This document shows, in pieces, positions 54,994 to 64,000 of a stretch of 64,000 bases of DNA (the first letter of the stretch is position 1; each line of letters opens with the position of its first letter). Source of the DNA: an uncultured bacterium (GTDB taxonomy: Bacteria; Krumholzibacteriota; Krumholzibacteriia; LZORAL124-64-63); the NCBI GenBank assembly GCA_963727525.1, contig CAVSGO010000007.1, forward strand, positions 1-64,000, read 5' to 3'. Made by a program: the position numbers and the translations under genes. Below the pieces are notes generated by a model. The model was given only the letters and a program-made list of their open reading frames with translations. It did not search any database and was not told where the DNA came from.

Positions 54994-55457
54994 CAGAGAT
55001 CTCCCCGTAGTCCGCTCGTCTCCCCCCTGGCCACAACAATCCCCATAGTCGATCAGTTACTCGGCCGTATAGGCCGCCCTCCTGCGCTCGCGTAACCTCT
55101 ACCAGGAACCGCGATGCCAACCAGGCTGTGGCGATGAATATCACATCTGCTCTCCCCATTCAAGATCCTCGCTCGGGCTGGCTCGCGCACCGCGGGATCG
55201 CGACCCGATCCCGCCTTCGGCAATGAGGGCACACTGTCAGGGAAGGCGCTCGGAGATGCGGGTCGGCAGCAGGGCCCTCAGCGATGGCAAAACCATTGTG
55301 CGCCCGGCACGGCCGGAAGTACGCATTTTTCACATGCCGGACCGAATTAGTTACCAAACGACCCGTAACTGGCTTCAATTACAGCAGTTCAACTAGCGAT
55401 TCTCAAGTTGCGTAAACCGGATAATATTAGTAATCTTACCGCAAATGGCTCACAACG

Positions 55458-56176
55458 GGGGATAGGAATTTCTGACCCCCTTTTCGACGTTCGTCTCGCC
55501 GAGCCCTCGACGCGATATCTCGATTCTACTACCTCTTCGCGACGAGATCGCGCTCGCAGTGTCCGTAGACCTTGCGACATGACCATCGTGGCCGGATCGC
55601 ATCGTGTTTGACGACCCGCTGACCGCCGATTTCGCGTCGAGAACGCAGACCTCTGCGATCGGCCGGCTCCCCGGCTGTGGCTTCTCTTGCCTCACGGGGC
55701 GGATCTCAATCTGCGTCCGGCACGCCCACCGTCTGGTCCACTTCGTCCCAGGTCACGGCGGTCAGGGTCTGTGCGAACTCCAACTCGCCCTGCGGTGGTG
55801 AGCGCGCCGGCAACACCTGCGGCGGCTCACTCTCCAGGTCGAGGTGTTCGAGTATCCGTTTGATCACCGCCGGGTCCAGGATGAAGGCGATGATCGTCAT
55901 GGGGCCTCTGCATCTCGGGCATTGCAGAGACCGGACGTCGTAGATGCGCGCCAGCAGCATCGCCCAGCTGCGCGAAGCCTTCGGCCGCGGTTCGGTCGGC
56001 TCGGTCAATCCCATCGCTGCCCGCGCGCCGTCGAGGGCCTGCCGTACTGTGCCCGCAGGGCCGGCCGTCGCGGTCACTGCCCGGCGCAGCTTCGCGCCCG
56101 GTGCCAGCACGCCGCAGTAGCGGTGGCGGTGCTTGCGCGGTGGGGCGAGTAGATCGACCAGGCGCTCGAGGAACTC
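55458..56176 (-). mobile_element. ISCR copy K: 5'-truncated transposase plus oriIS subtype 2
   Basis: EFLERLVDLL...PDAD plus GGTCAGAAATTCCTATCCCC. Confidence 0.9.
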
Positions 56177-56291
56177 TGATCATGAAAATGTAAAGACATG
56201 ATAATAATAGTCCTGTATAATGCGCCCGGGGTTCCGGCCCGGGCCCGCGTCACGCATGCGATCCGGGAGGGACCATACGGGAGGAGTGATC

Positions 56292-58061
56292 ATGTCTATC
56301 CCTAGACCCAACCCATTCAAGAATGGTCCCGTCCTCGCCGGGTTGCTGCTCGCGGCCCTGGCTCCGGCGTCGACCGGCGCGATTCGCACGGACGATCTGA
56401 TGTTCGAGTACGGGGACGCTCCGGAGGACTACCTCGCGTACCCCAGCTCAGGTCAGCAGGGCCACTTCCCCACATGCTTCGACCCCGTCGGGTACTACGT
56501 GCGTCACGCGAATCCCGGATCCTATTTCGGACCATCGGCGGACCTGGAGGTCGACGGCAATGCGGGCCTCTGCTTCGTGGAACCCTACGACCAGGACGAG
56601 TGCTGGGGACCCCTGGACGGCGATTCCGGACTCGTGAAGCCGACCCCCTTCACGGTCTTCAACGGTACCGTCGTTCTGTGCAGCCAGCCGCCGGGCACCG
56701 CACTGGGCACGGTCTGCGGCTTCGCCCAATGGGGCACCGACATCGACATCGAGGTGCACAACACCTTCAACTTCCCGCAAGCGGTGAACATCCTTTTCGA
56801 CTGGGACCAGGACGGTTCTTGGCATGGTCAGAGCCAGTGCAACGGCGGCACCCCCGTCCCGGAGCACGCCGTCTGGAATCTCCAGGTCCCGGGGAACTTC
56901 AGCGGGCTACTCTCGCAGCTAGGCCCCCCCGCCATCCAGATCGGTCCCAACTCGGGCTACGTCTGGGTGCGCTTCACCATCACCGACCCGGGCGCGATCC
57001 CCGCCCCCGGCTGGGATGGCACCGGCAATTTCGACACCGGCGAGACCGAGGACTACCTACTGCGCATCGATCCCATCCAGGAAGCCGCCGAGCTGGGTGA
57101 CGCGCCCGAGGATGTGATCGCCTACCCGCTGACCAACATCGTGGGCCATTTCCCGACCTGTTACGGAGGTTCGGCCGGCTACGTGCGCCACGCCAACATC
57201 ACGAACACCCACCTGGGAGCCACCGTCGACCTCGAACCGGACGGGAATCACGGTGAATGCGGGTTCATACCCTACGACTACGACGAGTGCGGTGAGCTCA
57301 TCGAGGCCGGCCTCCAGATCGCCCAGCCGTACACCATCGGCCTGACCGGAAACATCGAGCAATGTGCCGGCACCACCGGCGGCAACATCGGCTATCCCTG
57401 CGATCCCATGGTCTGGGGCACCGATTTCGATGTCTTCGTGACGAACAACCGGGCCGAGGTCATGTACCTGAACGTGCTGGCCGACTGGAACGGCGACGGC
57501 ACCTGGGGTGCGACCGTCACCTGTCCCTCGGGCATCGTGGGCGACGAGCACCCCCTGAAGAACGCGGTGATTCCCGGCGGCTTCAACGCCAGCGCCTCAA
57601 GCCTCTCGCTCCCGGACTTCCGGATCCTCTCGGGCGAGCAGTGGGTGTGGTTCCGGATCACGCTGAGCGATATGCCCGTGTCCCTGCCGTGGGACGGGTC
57701 GGGCGACTTCCTCTACGGGGAGACCGAGGACTACCTGCTACGGGTCGGTGACGCCGCGTCGGCCGTGCCGACGGCGCAGGAAGCCGGTCTGATCCTCGAG
57801 CCCAGTTTCCCCAATCCGTTCAATCCCCGCACGACCATCGCGTACGGCCTGCAGAAGGCCGGACCGGTGCGCGTGGACATCCTCGATCCCCGCGGCCGCC
57901 GCGTCGTCACGCTGGTTCAAGGCGACCAGGACGCCGGCCAGCACTCGGTGACGTGGGAGGGGCGGGATCAATCCGGAAGGCTGGTGCCATCGGGCGTCTA
58001 CATGGTGAGCGTCACCGCGAACGGCACGGTGCGCACGGGCAAGCTGTCCCTGTTGAAGTAG
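56292..58061 (+). CDS. Secreted tandem GEVED-domain protein with FlgD-Ig CTD
   Basis: Two units GDAPE...DW..DG.W...WxRxT...GETEDY; PNPFNP tail; GGAGGAG RBS. Confidence 0.8.
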   Translation: MSIPRPNPFKNGPVLAGLLLAALAPASTGAIRTDDLMFEYGDAPEDYLAYPSSGQQGHFPTCFDPVGYYVRHANPGSYFGPSADLEVDGNAGLCFVEPYDQDECWGPLDGDSGLVKPTPFTVFNGTVVLCSQPPGTALGTVCGFAQWGTDIDIEVHNTFNFPQAVNILFDWDQDGSWHGQSQCNGGTPVPEHAVWNLQVPGNFSGLLSQLGPPAIQIGPNSGYVWVRFTITDPGAIPAPGWDGTGNFDTGETEDYLLRIDPIQEAAELGDAPEDVIAYPLTNIVGHFPTCYGGSAGYVRHANITNTHLGATVDLEPDGNHGECGFIPYDYDECGELIEAGLQIAQPYTIGLTGNIEQCAGTTGGNIGYPCDPMVWGTDFDVFVTNNRAEVMYLNVLADWNGDGTWGATVTCPSGIVGDEHPLKNAVIPGGFNASASSLSLPDFRILSGEQWVWFRITLSDMPVSLPWDGSGDFLYGETEDYLLRVGDAASAVPTAQEAGLILEPSFPNPFNPRTTIAYGLQKAGPVRVDILDPRGRRVVTLVQGDQDAGQHSVTWEGRDQSGRLVPSGVYMVSVTANGTVRTGKLSLLK

Positions 58062-58516
58062 GCGAATGACCTGCACGCGGGCGGGCCATGGCGATCTCGC
58101 CATGGTCCCTCGCGTGCGCATCCCCCGGAAAGGGAATGCCGGGCGCGCTCGCTCTGGCGCGAACGACCCCGTGGTCCCTGTCGAGTATTGGCGCTCACGC
58201 CGATCTCGGCTATGCCAGAGACCACCGCCAGCAAGGACGCGCGAGGGCATGCCGCACGGTCACGACCTCGATCCACCGATCACCCGCATCACCGAGGTCC
58301 GCTCGGAATACACATCGGCGCGGCTGATCTGCGCCAACCTCGCGTACCGGCTCGCGGGCACCCGCTATCAGCGCGCGCCGGGCTACCTGCCGGCAGAGAT
58401 CGATTTTCCTCGACCCGACGGCAAGCTGGCGACGCTCGAGGTGCGCGACTACGACGTCCGCCATCTCGACCGCGTCGCGAAAGGCCGCGCGGTTCGTCGG
58501 GGCCGGACCTCGTCTG

Positions 58517-59662
58517 ATCAGCGGCGGTCGATGAGTGTCAGCAAGCTGCGGATGTAGTCGCTGCCCACCCAGGTGTGGGGCATGTCGCCGATGAAGTGGG
58601 CGGTCTGCGGATCGTGCCATACGACCTCGGGCCACTGGCGCCAGCCGGCAGGGGTGCGGTGCGCGAGGAAGAACGCGAGTAGCTCCTGGGCGCGGTCGTT
58701 CCAGCCCAGGTGGACGAAGGCGCCGATGGTGCGGATCTCGTAGGGCGTGAACGCCTCCCATGGGGCGCCGTCGCGGCGAGCGGTGAAGAAGTCCCCCAGT
58801 ACTTCTCAAAGGTAGCGTCGAGAGCGCCGCGGGGCAGGATGTCGCGGGCCTGGCAGGGGTCGAGGGCGATGGTGGTGGAGGTGGCGTCGAAGTCGCCGAG
58901 GTCGGCGCAGCCGGGGATATAGGGGATGTTGTGCGCTTTCATCGCGGCGGCGATGGAGGCGCCGAGGTCGGTGGCGAAGCGGTCGCGCAGGGTGGCCAGT
59001 CGTGCCTGCTGGGCGGGGTCGCCCATGGCGGTGGCCAGGTCGACGGCGTCCTTGTAGCCGCGCAGGGCCCAGAAGTCGTCCCAGTAGGAGTGCATGGGCT
59101 TGGCCGAGTAGCCCTCGTGGCTGATGTTCGGCGGGAGGATGCCGTAGAACTCGGTGCCCGCGAACTCTGGCGTGCGGCGCTCGTCGAGCAGGCTCTCGAG
59201 GTAGGCGATGCCGTTCAGCACGCGCGGCCACATCGCGGTGAGCACGTCGCGGTCGCCGGTGGTGCGCCAGTACTCGGCGACCAGGAAGATGAACTCGCCG
59301 GTGGAGTCGTGCTCGGGCACGGGGTCGGCGCCGCGGCGATCGACGACGCAGGGGATCTTGCCGTTCTCGTACTGGTGGGGCGCGAACCAGAGCAGGAAGT
59401 CGCGTGCCGCGTCGGTGAAGCCCAGGCGCAGCAGGGCCTCGCTCGTGAGGGCGCCGTCGCGGATCCAGCTACGCGCGTAGGCGCAGGTGCCCGGCTGGAT
59501 GGCCGGACCCGCGCGGTTGACCAGGATGAAGCCGAGCTGGGCCTTCAGCGTGAGCAGTGCGTCTTCCATTCCAGGCGGCGCGACCAGGTCGACGCGTGCC
59601 AGTTTTCCCTCCCAGCAATCGGTGGCGGCGCGGGTCACCGATACGGGATTGACGGGCTGCAT
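58517..59662 (-). pseudogene. (alpha/alpha)6 glycoside-hydrolase-like gene fragment, frameshift near 58795; diverged relative of the GH tails in copies H and I
   Basis: YARSWIRDG, PVPEHDSTGE, SHEGYSAKPMHSYWDDFW, GDMPHTWVGSDYIRS. Confidence 0.75.
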
Positions 59663-59831
59663 CGGCGAGGTTGGCTCGTCTGATGGTCTTGGGTACTGTC
59701 GCGGCCGTCGCCGGACAGAGTGGTTCCCCGCGATGTCAACGATCGTCGCGTCCGGGGTTACGCGGCTTCGCGGTAGTACCGGCTATGTAACCCACCCAGA
59801 AATTGGCGGCGTCTCACCGGCCCAACGTCGT

Positions 59832-60870
59832 CCATCTCGACGAAGCCGCCATCACGCGCGGCCGCGATCAGCCCGTCACCGCGGACTGCGCTGGCTCGTG
59901 ACGCACGGCCACCTGGATGCCGCTGCCGCCAGCGAGATGCGCACCTGGCAGCACGGCGGCGGCTGGTCCGTGCACGCGCAGGTCAGGATTGCCGATTGGG
60001 ACCGCCAGGGCCTGGAGCGACTGGTGCGTTACTGCGCGCGACCCGCCCTGGCCGCCGGCCGCCTGGGCCGCTTGAACGCCGACACCCTGGTGTACCGCCT
60101 GCGCCGCCCACGACCGGACGGCCGCACGGAGATCCGGCTGAGTCCGCTGGAATTCCTCGAGCGCGTGATCGACTTGCTCGCCCCACCACGCAAGCACCGC
60201 CATCGGTACTGCGGCGTGCTCGCTCCAGGAGCGAGGCTGCGCCGGGCGGTGACGCAGACCGCCGGTCCCGCCGGCACGGTGCTGCTCGCGCTCGATCGCG
60301 CCAGGGCTGCGATGGGCATGGCGGACGCGTCCGAGCCGCGCCCCAAGGCGTCGCGTAGCTGGGCGATGCTGCTGGCGCGGATCTACGACGCGCGGCCTTT
60401 GCAATGCCCACGATGCGGCAGCGCGATGACCGTCCTGGCGTTCATCCTGGACCCGGCGGTGATCAAGCGGATCCTCGATCACCTCGATCAGGAGAGTGAG
60501 CCGCCGGTCACATTGCCGGCGCGTTCACCGCCGCAGGGAGAACTGGAGTTCGCGCCGGCGAGCGGTCCAGTGATCTGGGACGAGGTGGATCAGACAGCCG
60601 GCCTGCCAGACGCGGAATGAGAACCCGAGCTTCGGAATCGTCAAGGGGCGAGGCCAGACAGTCGGCCGGTGGGAGTGGTCTGCGCGGCGGCGAGGAAATC
60701 TGGCGATTGGCACCGCGGAACGACGCATCGAGCCGCTCACAACGGGCGTGTCGCGAGGTTCACGGGCGATTCTCATGCGAAGGCGCGGCAAAAGTGTGGT
60801 AGAACCGAGCGCGCGAGTCGGCGCCATGTGGGGGAGGGGTTCCGAAAACGTGGTCTGTTTGACCTATACG
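59832..60870 (+). mobile_element. ISCR copy L: 5'-truncated transposase (stop 60620) plus oriIS subtype 3 (diverged variant)
   Basis: Same motifs; ends GTTTGACCTATACG, 6 bp from the kinase stop codon. Confidence 0.9.
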
Positions 60871-60876
60871 CTCACG

Positions 60877-63720
60877 TCAATGGGCGGCCTCATACAGCTT
60901 CCGGAACTCCGGCATATCGCGCAACGACGCGAACACCGGCGACACGCCCAGCAACTCGCGCGACGGGAGATACGGCCCGGGCTCGTCGACGACCGTCTTC
61001 CACTGCGCCACCGCGGCATCACTGTCGCCCAGCAGCATTAGCGTGTATCCCTTGAGGGCGTCGTGTTCGGACCGGATCCATTTGTCGCGGGTCGCGGGAT
61101 AAGTGACTTCCGCGGCACTCGCCTCGCGCAGGGCCGCGTCACGGTTCCCGACACCGGCATAGGCCAGCGCCAGCGAAGCCCGGATCCGCGAGTCGTTGGG
61201 TGATGCCTTCACCTCGCGCTCCATGATCTCGAGGCCCTTGCGGAACAACGGCTCAGCCGCCTCGCGGCTCCCAAGCAGGGCTTCGGCCAGCCCGGCGAAC
61301 AGCGGTGTCGAGTAGGTGATGAACTGTTCGGACATGACTTCGCCCATCTCTCCCGCTGCCGCGATGGCGGCCTCGCGGTCGCCGCGATAGAAATTGACTT
61401 CGTAGGTGTCGATCGTAAGGTCGCGCGGATCATCGGAAGCCGGCCCGCGCGCCAGCCACTCCTGTGCTGACGCGAAGTCTCCCTTGGCCAGGTAGGCATC
61501 CGCCTTGAGGCGATAGCCGATGCCCGCGTCCGGGGACAGTGAGATGACCTCGTCGAGCGTGGAGATGGCGCGGTCGAAACGGCGGAGCAGGCAATTGGTC
61601 TCGGCGACCCCCCACATCAGCCGTGTGTTCCGGGGGTCCTTGTCCATCGCCTGCTGGAGCAACACCAGGCCGTCCTCGTAGCGCCCCTGTCGACGACGGA
61701 TGAACCCGATGGCCTCGAGCACGTCGGCGGTCCCGGGCATCTCCTGCCGCACGCGCTCCATCTGGTGCACCGCTTCATCCAGGTCCTTCCGGCCCCAGTA
61801 GGCCACCCAACCCCGCGCGTAGGGAAGCCAGGGCGAGTCCGGAGCCAGCGCCTCCACGCGTTTGATCTCGGCGTCGGCCATGTTTAGCCGCGCCGGCGAC
61901 GCATCGTAGCCGAAGTGGATCAGGCCGGCGTACTGCTTCGCCAGCATCGCATGGGCCACCAGGAAATCCGGATCCAGCTCGATCGCGCGCTTGAGCATAT
62001 CGATGGCCGAGCGGGTGGTCGGCTCGTCCAGGTTGATGCCCTCGGCGTACCCGAGCGCCTTGAGATAGGCATGGTAGGCGTCAACGTTGTCCGTTAGCTT
62101 GACGCCCAGCGCCATGCGGGCCGGCTCCAGCAGCGTCACCCCGAGGGCGTCGACGACCTTGGTGGAGATCGTGGACTGGATGCGGAAGATCTCTTCCATC
62201 GACTCTTCGTAGCGGTCGGACCAGACCGGCGTGTCGTCAGCGGCGCGGATGAGCTGCGGCACCACGCGCACGCGGCTGGCGCCGCCAGCCATCTTCTCCC
62301 AGCGGACCGTCCCCTCCAGCACGTAGCTGACGCCCAGTTCCTGACCGATCTGCCGGGTGTTCTTGCCCGTCTTGTCGTACTGGACGGCGGTCGTGCGCGA
62401 GAGCACCGACAGCCCGTCCACGTTGGCGAGCCGGCTCATGATCTCGTCGGTGATGCCGGCCGCGAAGTAGGCGTCTTCGGGCAGACCCAGGTTGTCGAAG
62501 GGGAGCACGACGATCGATTTGACCGCTTTCTCACCCTTGACCGCAACTTCACCCGAAGCGCCGCGCACCGACTTGCCGTCACCGCCGCCGCCGCGCAGAC
62601 CGAAGAAAACGGCCGCAGCGATGGCCACGATCGCGATCGCACCCACGCCCAGCATCCGCCGGGAGGGGCGACTCCCTGCCGGCGGCATGACACCGCTGGC
62701 GGTCGAAGGTCCCGCTCCCGGGCTCGAAGTCGCGGACGGACCCGCAGTTGACGGCGCCATGGCGGGGTGCGAGGCGGATGACACAAGTGAGGACGGCTGC
62801 CCCGCCCATGAACCGCCGGCGGTGGACAGGCCCCCGGCGGAGGTGCTCAGCGGACCGGCGTCCGACTGCACCTCGTCGCGCAACCCTTCCAGTTCGTTTC
62901 GCACGTCGAGCGCGGTCTGGTAGCGGCGGTCCGGCTCCTTGGCCAGGCAGCGGTTCACGATGCGCCCGAGATGGCGCGGCAGCTCCGGCTTCACTTCATT
63001 GACGCCCGGCGGCATGTCGCGCAGGACCGAAGACAGCGTGGACATCTGGCTGTCCCCGGTGAACGGGCGACGGCCGGTGAGCATCTCGAACAGGATGACG
63101 CCGAGCGAGAAGATATCCGTGCGCGCGTCGATGGCCTTGCCCTCGGCCTGCTCGGGCGACATGTAGGCCGCCGTACCGAGGATCTTCCCTTCGCGCGTGG
63201 CCACATCGGCCACGGTCATCGTGTTCATCCCGTGCTCGGCCGGCGCCGCCTCGAACAGCTTGGCCAGGCCGAAATCGAGGATCTTCACGCGACCTTCGTC
63301 GTTGATCATGACGTTGTCGGGCTTCAGGTCCCGGTGCGTGACGCCCTGCCGGTGTGCGCCGTTGATGGCATCGGCCAGCGGGATGGCCGCGGAGAAGAAA
63401 TCGCGCAGCCGCATCCCTTCGGGCTGGATCATCTGCGTGAGCCGCCGCCCGGTCACGTGCTCCATGGTGAGGAACGGGATCTCGCCGTCGTCTTCCACCG
63501 AATGGATGACCACGATGTTGGGATGGTTCAGCGCCGCCACGGCGCGCGCTTCGCGCACGAAACGGCCGCGCCGTTCGGGATCACGGGCCATCTCGGCGGG
63601 CAGCACCTTGAGCGCCACGTTGCGGCCCAGTTTCGTGTCCTCCGCGAGGTACACGGTGCCCATGCCGCCGGAGCCCAGCTCGCTGACGATGCGGTAGTGA
63701 CCGAGGGTTTGTCCGATCAA
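60877..63720 (-). CDS. Ser/Thr protein kinase with TolB-like and TPR regions (probable TTG start)
   Basis: GSGGMGTVY, VALK, HRDLKPDN, DFG, YMSPEQ; SIVVLPF..DAYFAAGITDEI; TPR-like helices. Confidence 0.93.
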   Translation of the reverse strand: MIGQTLGHYRIVSELGSGGMGTVYLAEDTKLGRNVALKVLPAEMARDPERRGRFVREARAVAALNHPNIVVIHSVEDDGEIPFLTMEHVTGRRLTQMIQPEGMRLRDFFSAAIPLADAINGAHRQGVTHRDLKPDNVMINDEGRVKILDFGLAKLFEAAPAEHGMNTMTVADVATREGKILGTAAYMSPEQAEGKAIDARTDIFSLGVILFEMLTGRRPFTGDSQMSTLSSVLRDMPPGVNEVKPELPRHLGRIVNRCLAKEPDRRYQTALDVRNELEGLRDEVQSDAGPLSTSAGGLSTAGGSWAGQPSSLVSSASHPAMAPSTAGPSATSSPGAGPSTASGVMPPAGSRPSRRMLGVGAIAIVAIAAAVFFGLRGGGGDGKSVRGASGEVAVKGEKAVKSIVVLPFDNLGLPEDAYFAAGITDEIMSRLANVDGLSVLSRTTAVQYDKTGKNTRQIGQELGVSYVLEGTVRWEKMAGGASRVRVVPQLIRAADDTPVWSDRYEESMEEIFRIQSTISTKVVDALGVTLLEPARMALGVKLTDNVDAYHAYLKALGYAEGINLDEPTTRSAIDMLKRAIELDPDFLVAHAMLAKQYAGLIHFGYDASPARLNMADAEIKRVEALAPDSPWLPYARGWVAYWGRKDLDEAVHQMERVRQEMPGTADVLEAIGFIRRRQGRYEDGLVLLQQAMDKDPRNTRLMWGVAETNCLLRRFDRAISTLDEVISLSPDAGIGYRLKADAYLAKGDFASAQEWLARGPASDDPRDLTIDTYEVNFYRGDREAAIAAAGEMGEVMSEQFITYSTPLFAGLAEALLGSREAAEPLFRKGLEIMEREVKASPNDSRIRASLALAYAGVGNRDAALREASAAEVTYPATRDKWIRSEHDALKGYTLMLLGDSDAAVAQWKTVVDEPGPYLPSRELLGVSPVFASLRDMPEFRKLYEAAH

Positions 63721-63865
63721 GAGGTCTCCTGGGGAGCGACGGCGGTCCGGATCGTGGCCATGGCCAAGCACCGTGCGCGGCGGATCCGCGCACGGTGCTG
63801 CTTCAATATTATTGTATTGATCTTATCATGATTGTTGTGCCGCGGCAATGCCGCGGAAATCCACC

Positions 63866-64000
63866 CGGTGACGCCCTCAACAGCCACGTCCACTTCCACG
63901 TTCTGGTGACTGACGGTGTCTTCATCCGCGACGCCGCAGACCCGGACGCGACGATTTTCCACCCCGCCACCCACCTCGACGCGGCCGCAGCCAGCGAGAT
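63866..64000 (+). mobile_element. ISCR copy M: 5'-truncated, internally deleted fragment running off the window
   Basis: GDALNSHVHFHVLVTDGVF...PATHLD joined to AAAASE. Confidence 0.85.

Overview
GC-rich bacterial accessory region with no rRNA, complete tRNA or CRISPR. Its secreted proteins carry PNPFNP/FlgD-Ig tails or 'TWGxVKxL(F/Y)R' tails, which suggests an FCB-group lineage such as Krumholzibacteriota or Latescibacterota (inference). The dominant structure is about 12 pieces of an ISCR-type (IS91-like, HUH rolling-circle) transposase in 64 kb. Ten keep an intact oriIS-like 3' end (three subtypes: ...AATTCCTATCCCC, ...TTGACCTATACG, ...ATGCCTATAC), but their 5' extents differ, from about 0.4 to 2.2 kb. 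Where both flanks can be identified, they belong to unrelated, often truncated genes. The two near-complete copies are frameshifted at different sites and share the same captured glycoside-hydrolase gene tail upstream. The window therefore looks like a Helitron-like, rolling-circle-built mosaic of cargo DNA. Cargo includes repeated secreted-protein modules (M43 peptidase/FG-GAP, 'WYNND'-FlgD, beta-helix), an integron-cassette relic with an aadA-like attC, a MarR/VOC operon, a defence-like low-GC block (HEPN-like, HNH, P63C), an MCP/PAS-kinase cluster, a serine hydrolase, a GEVED protein and a Ser/Thr kinase. Conventional IS5, IS3 (three), IS256, IS21 and IS1-like elements are layered on top. 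All family calls come from motif recognition by eye, not database searches.
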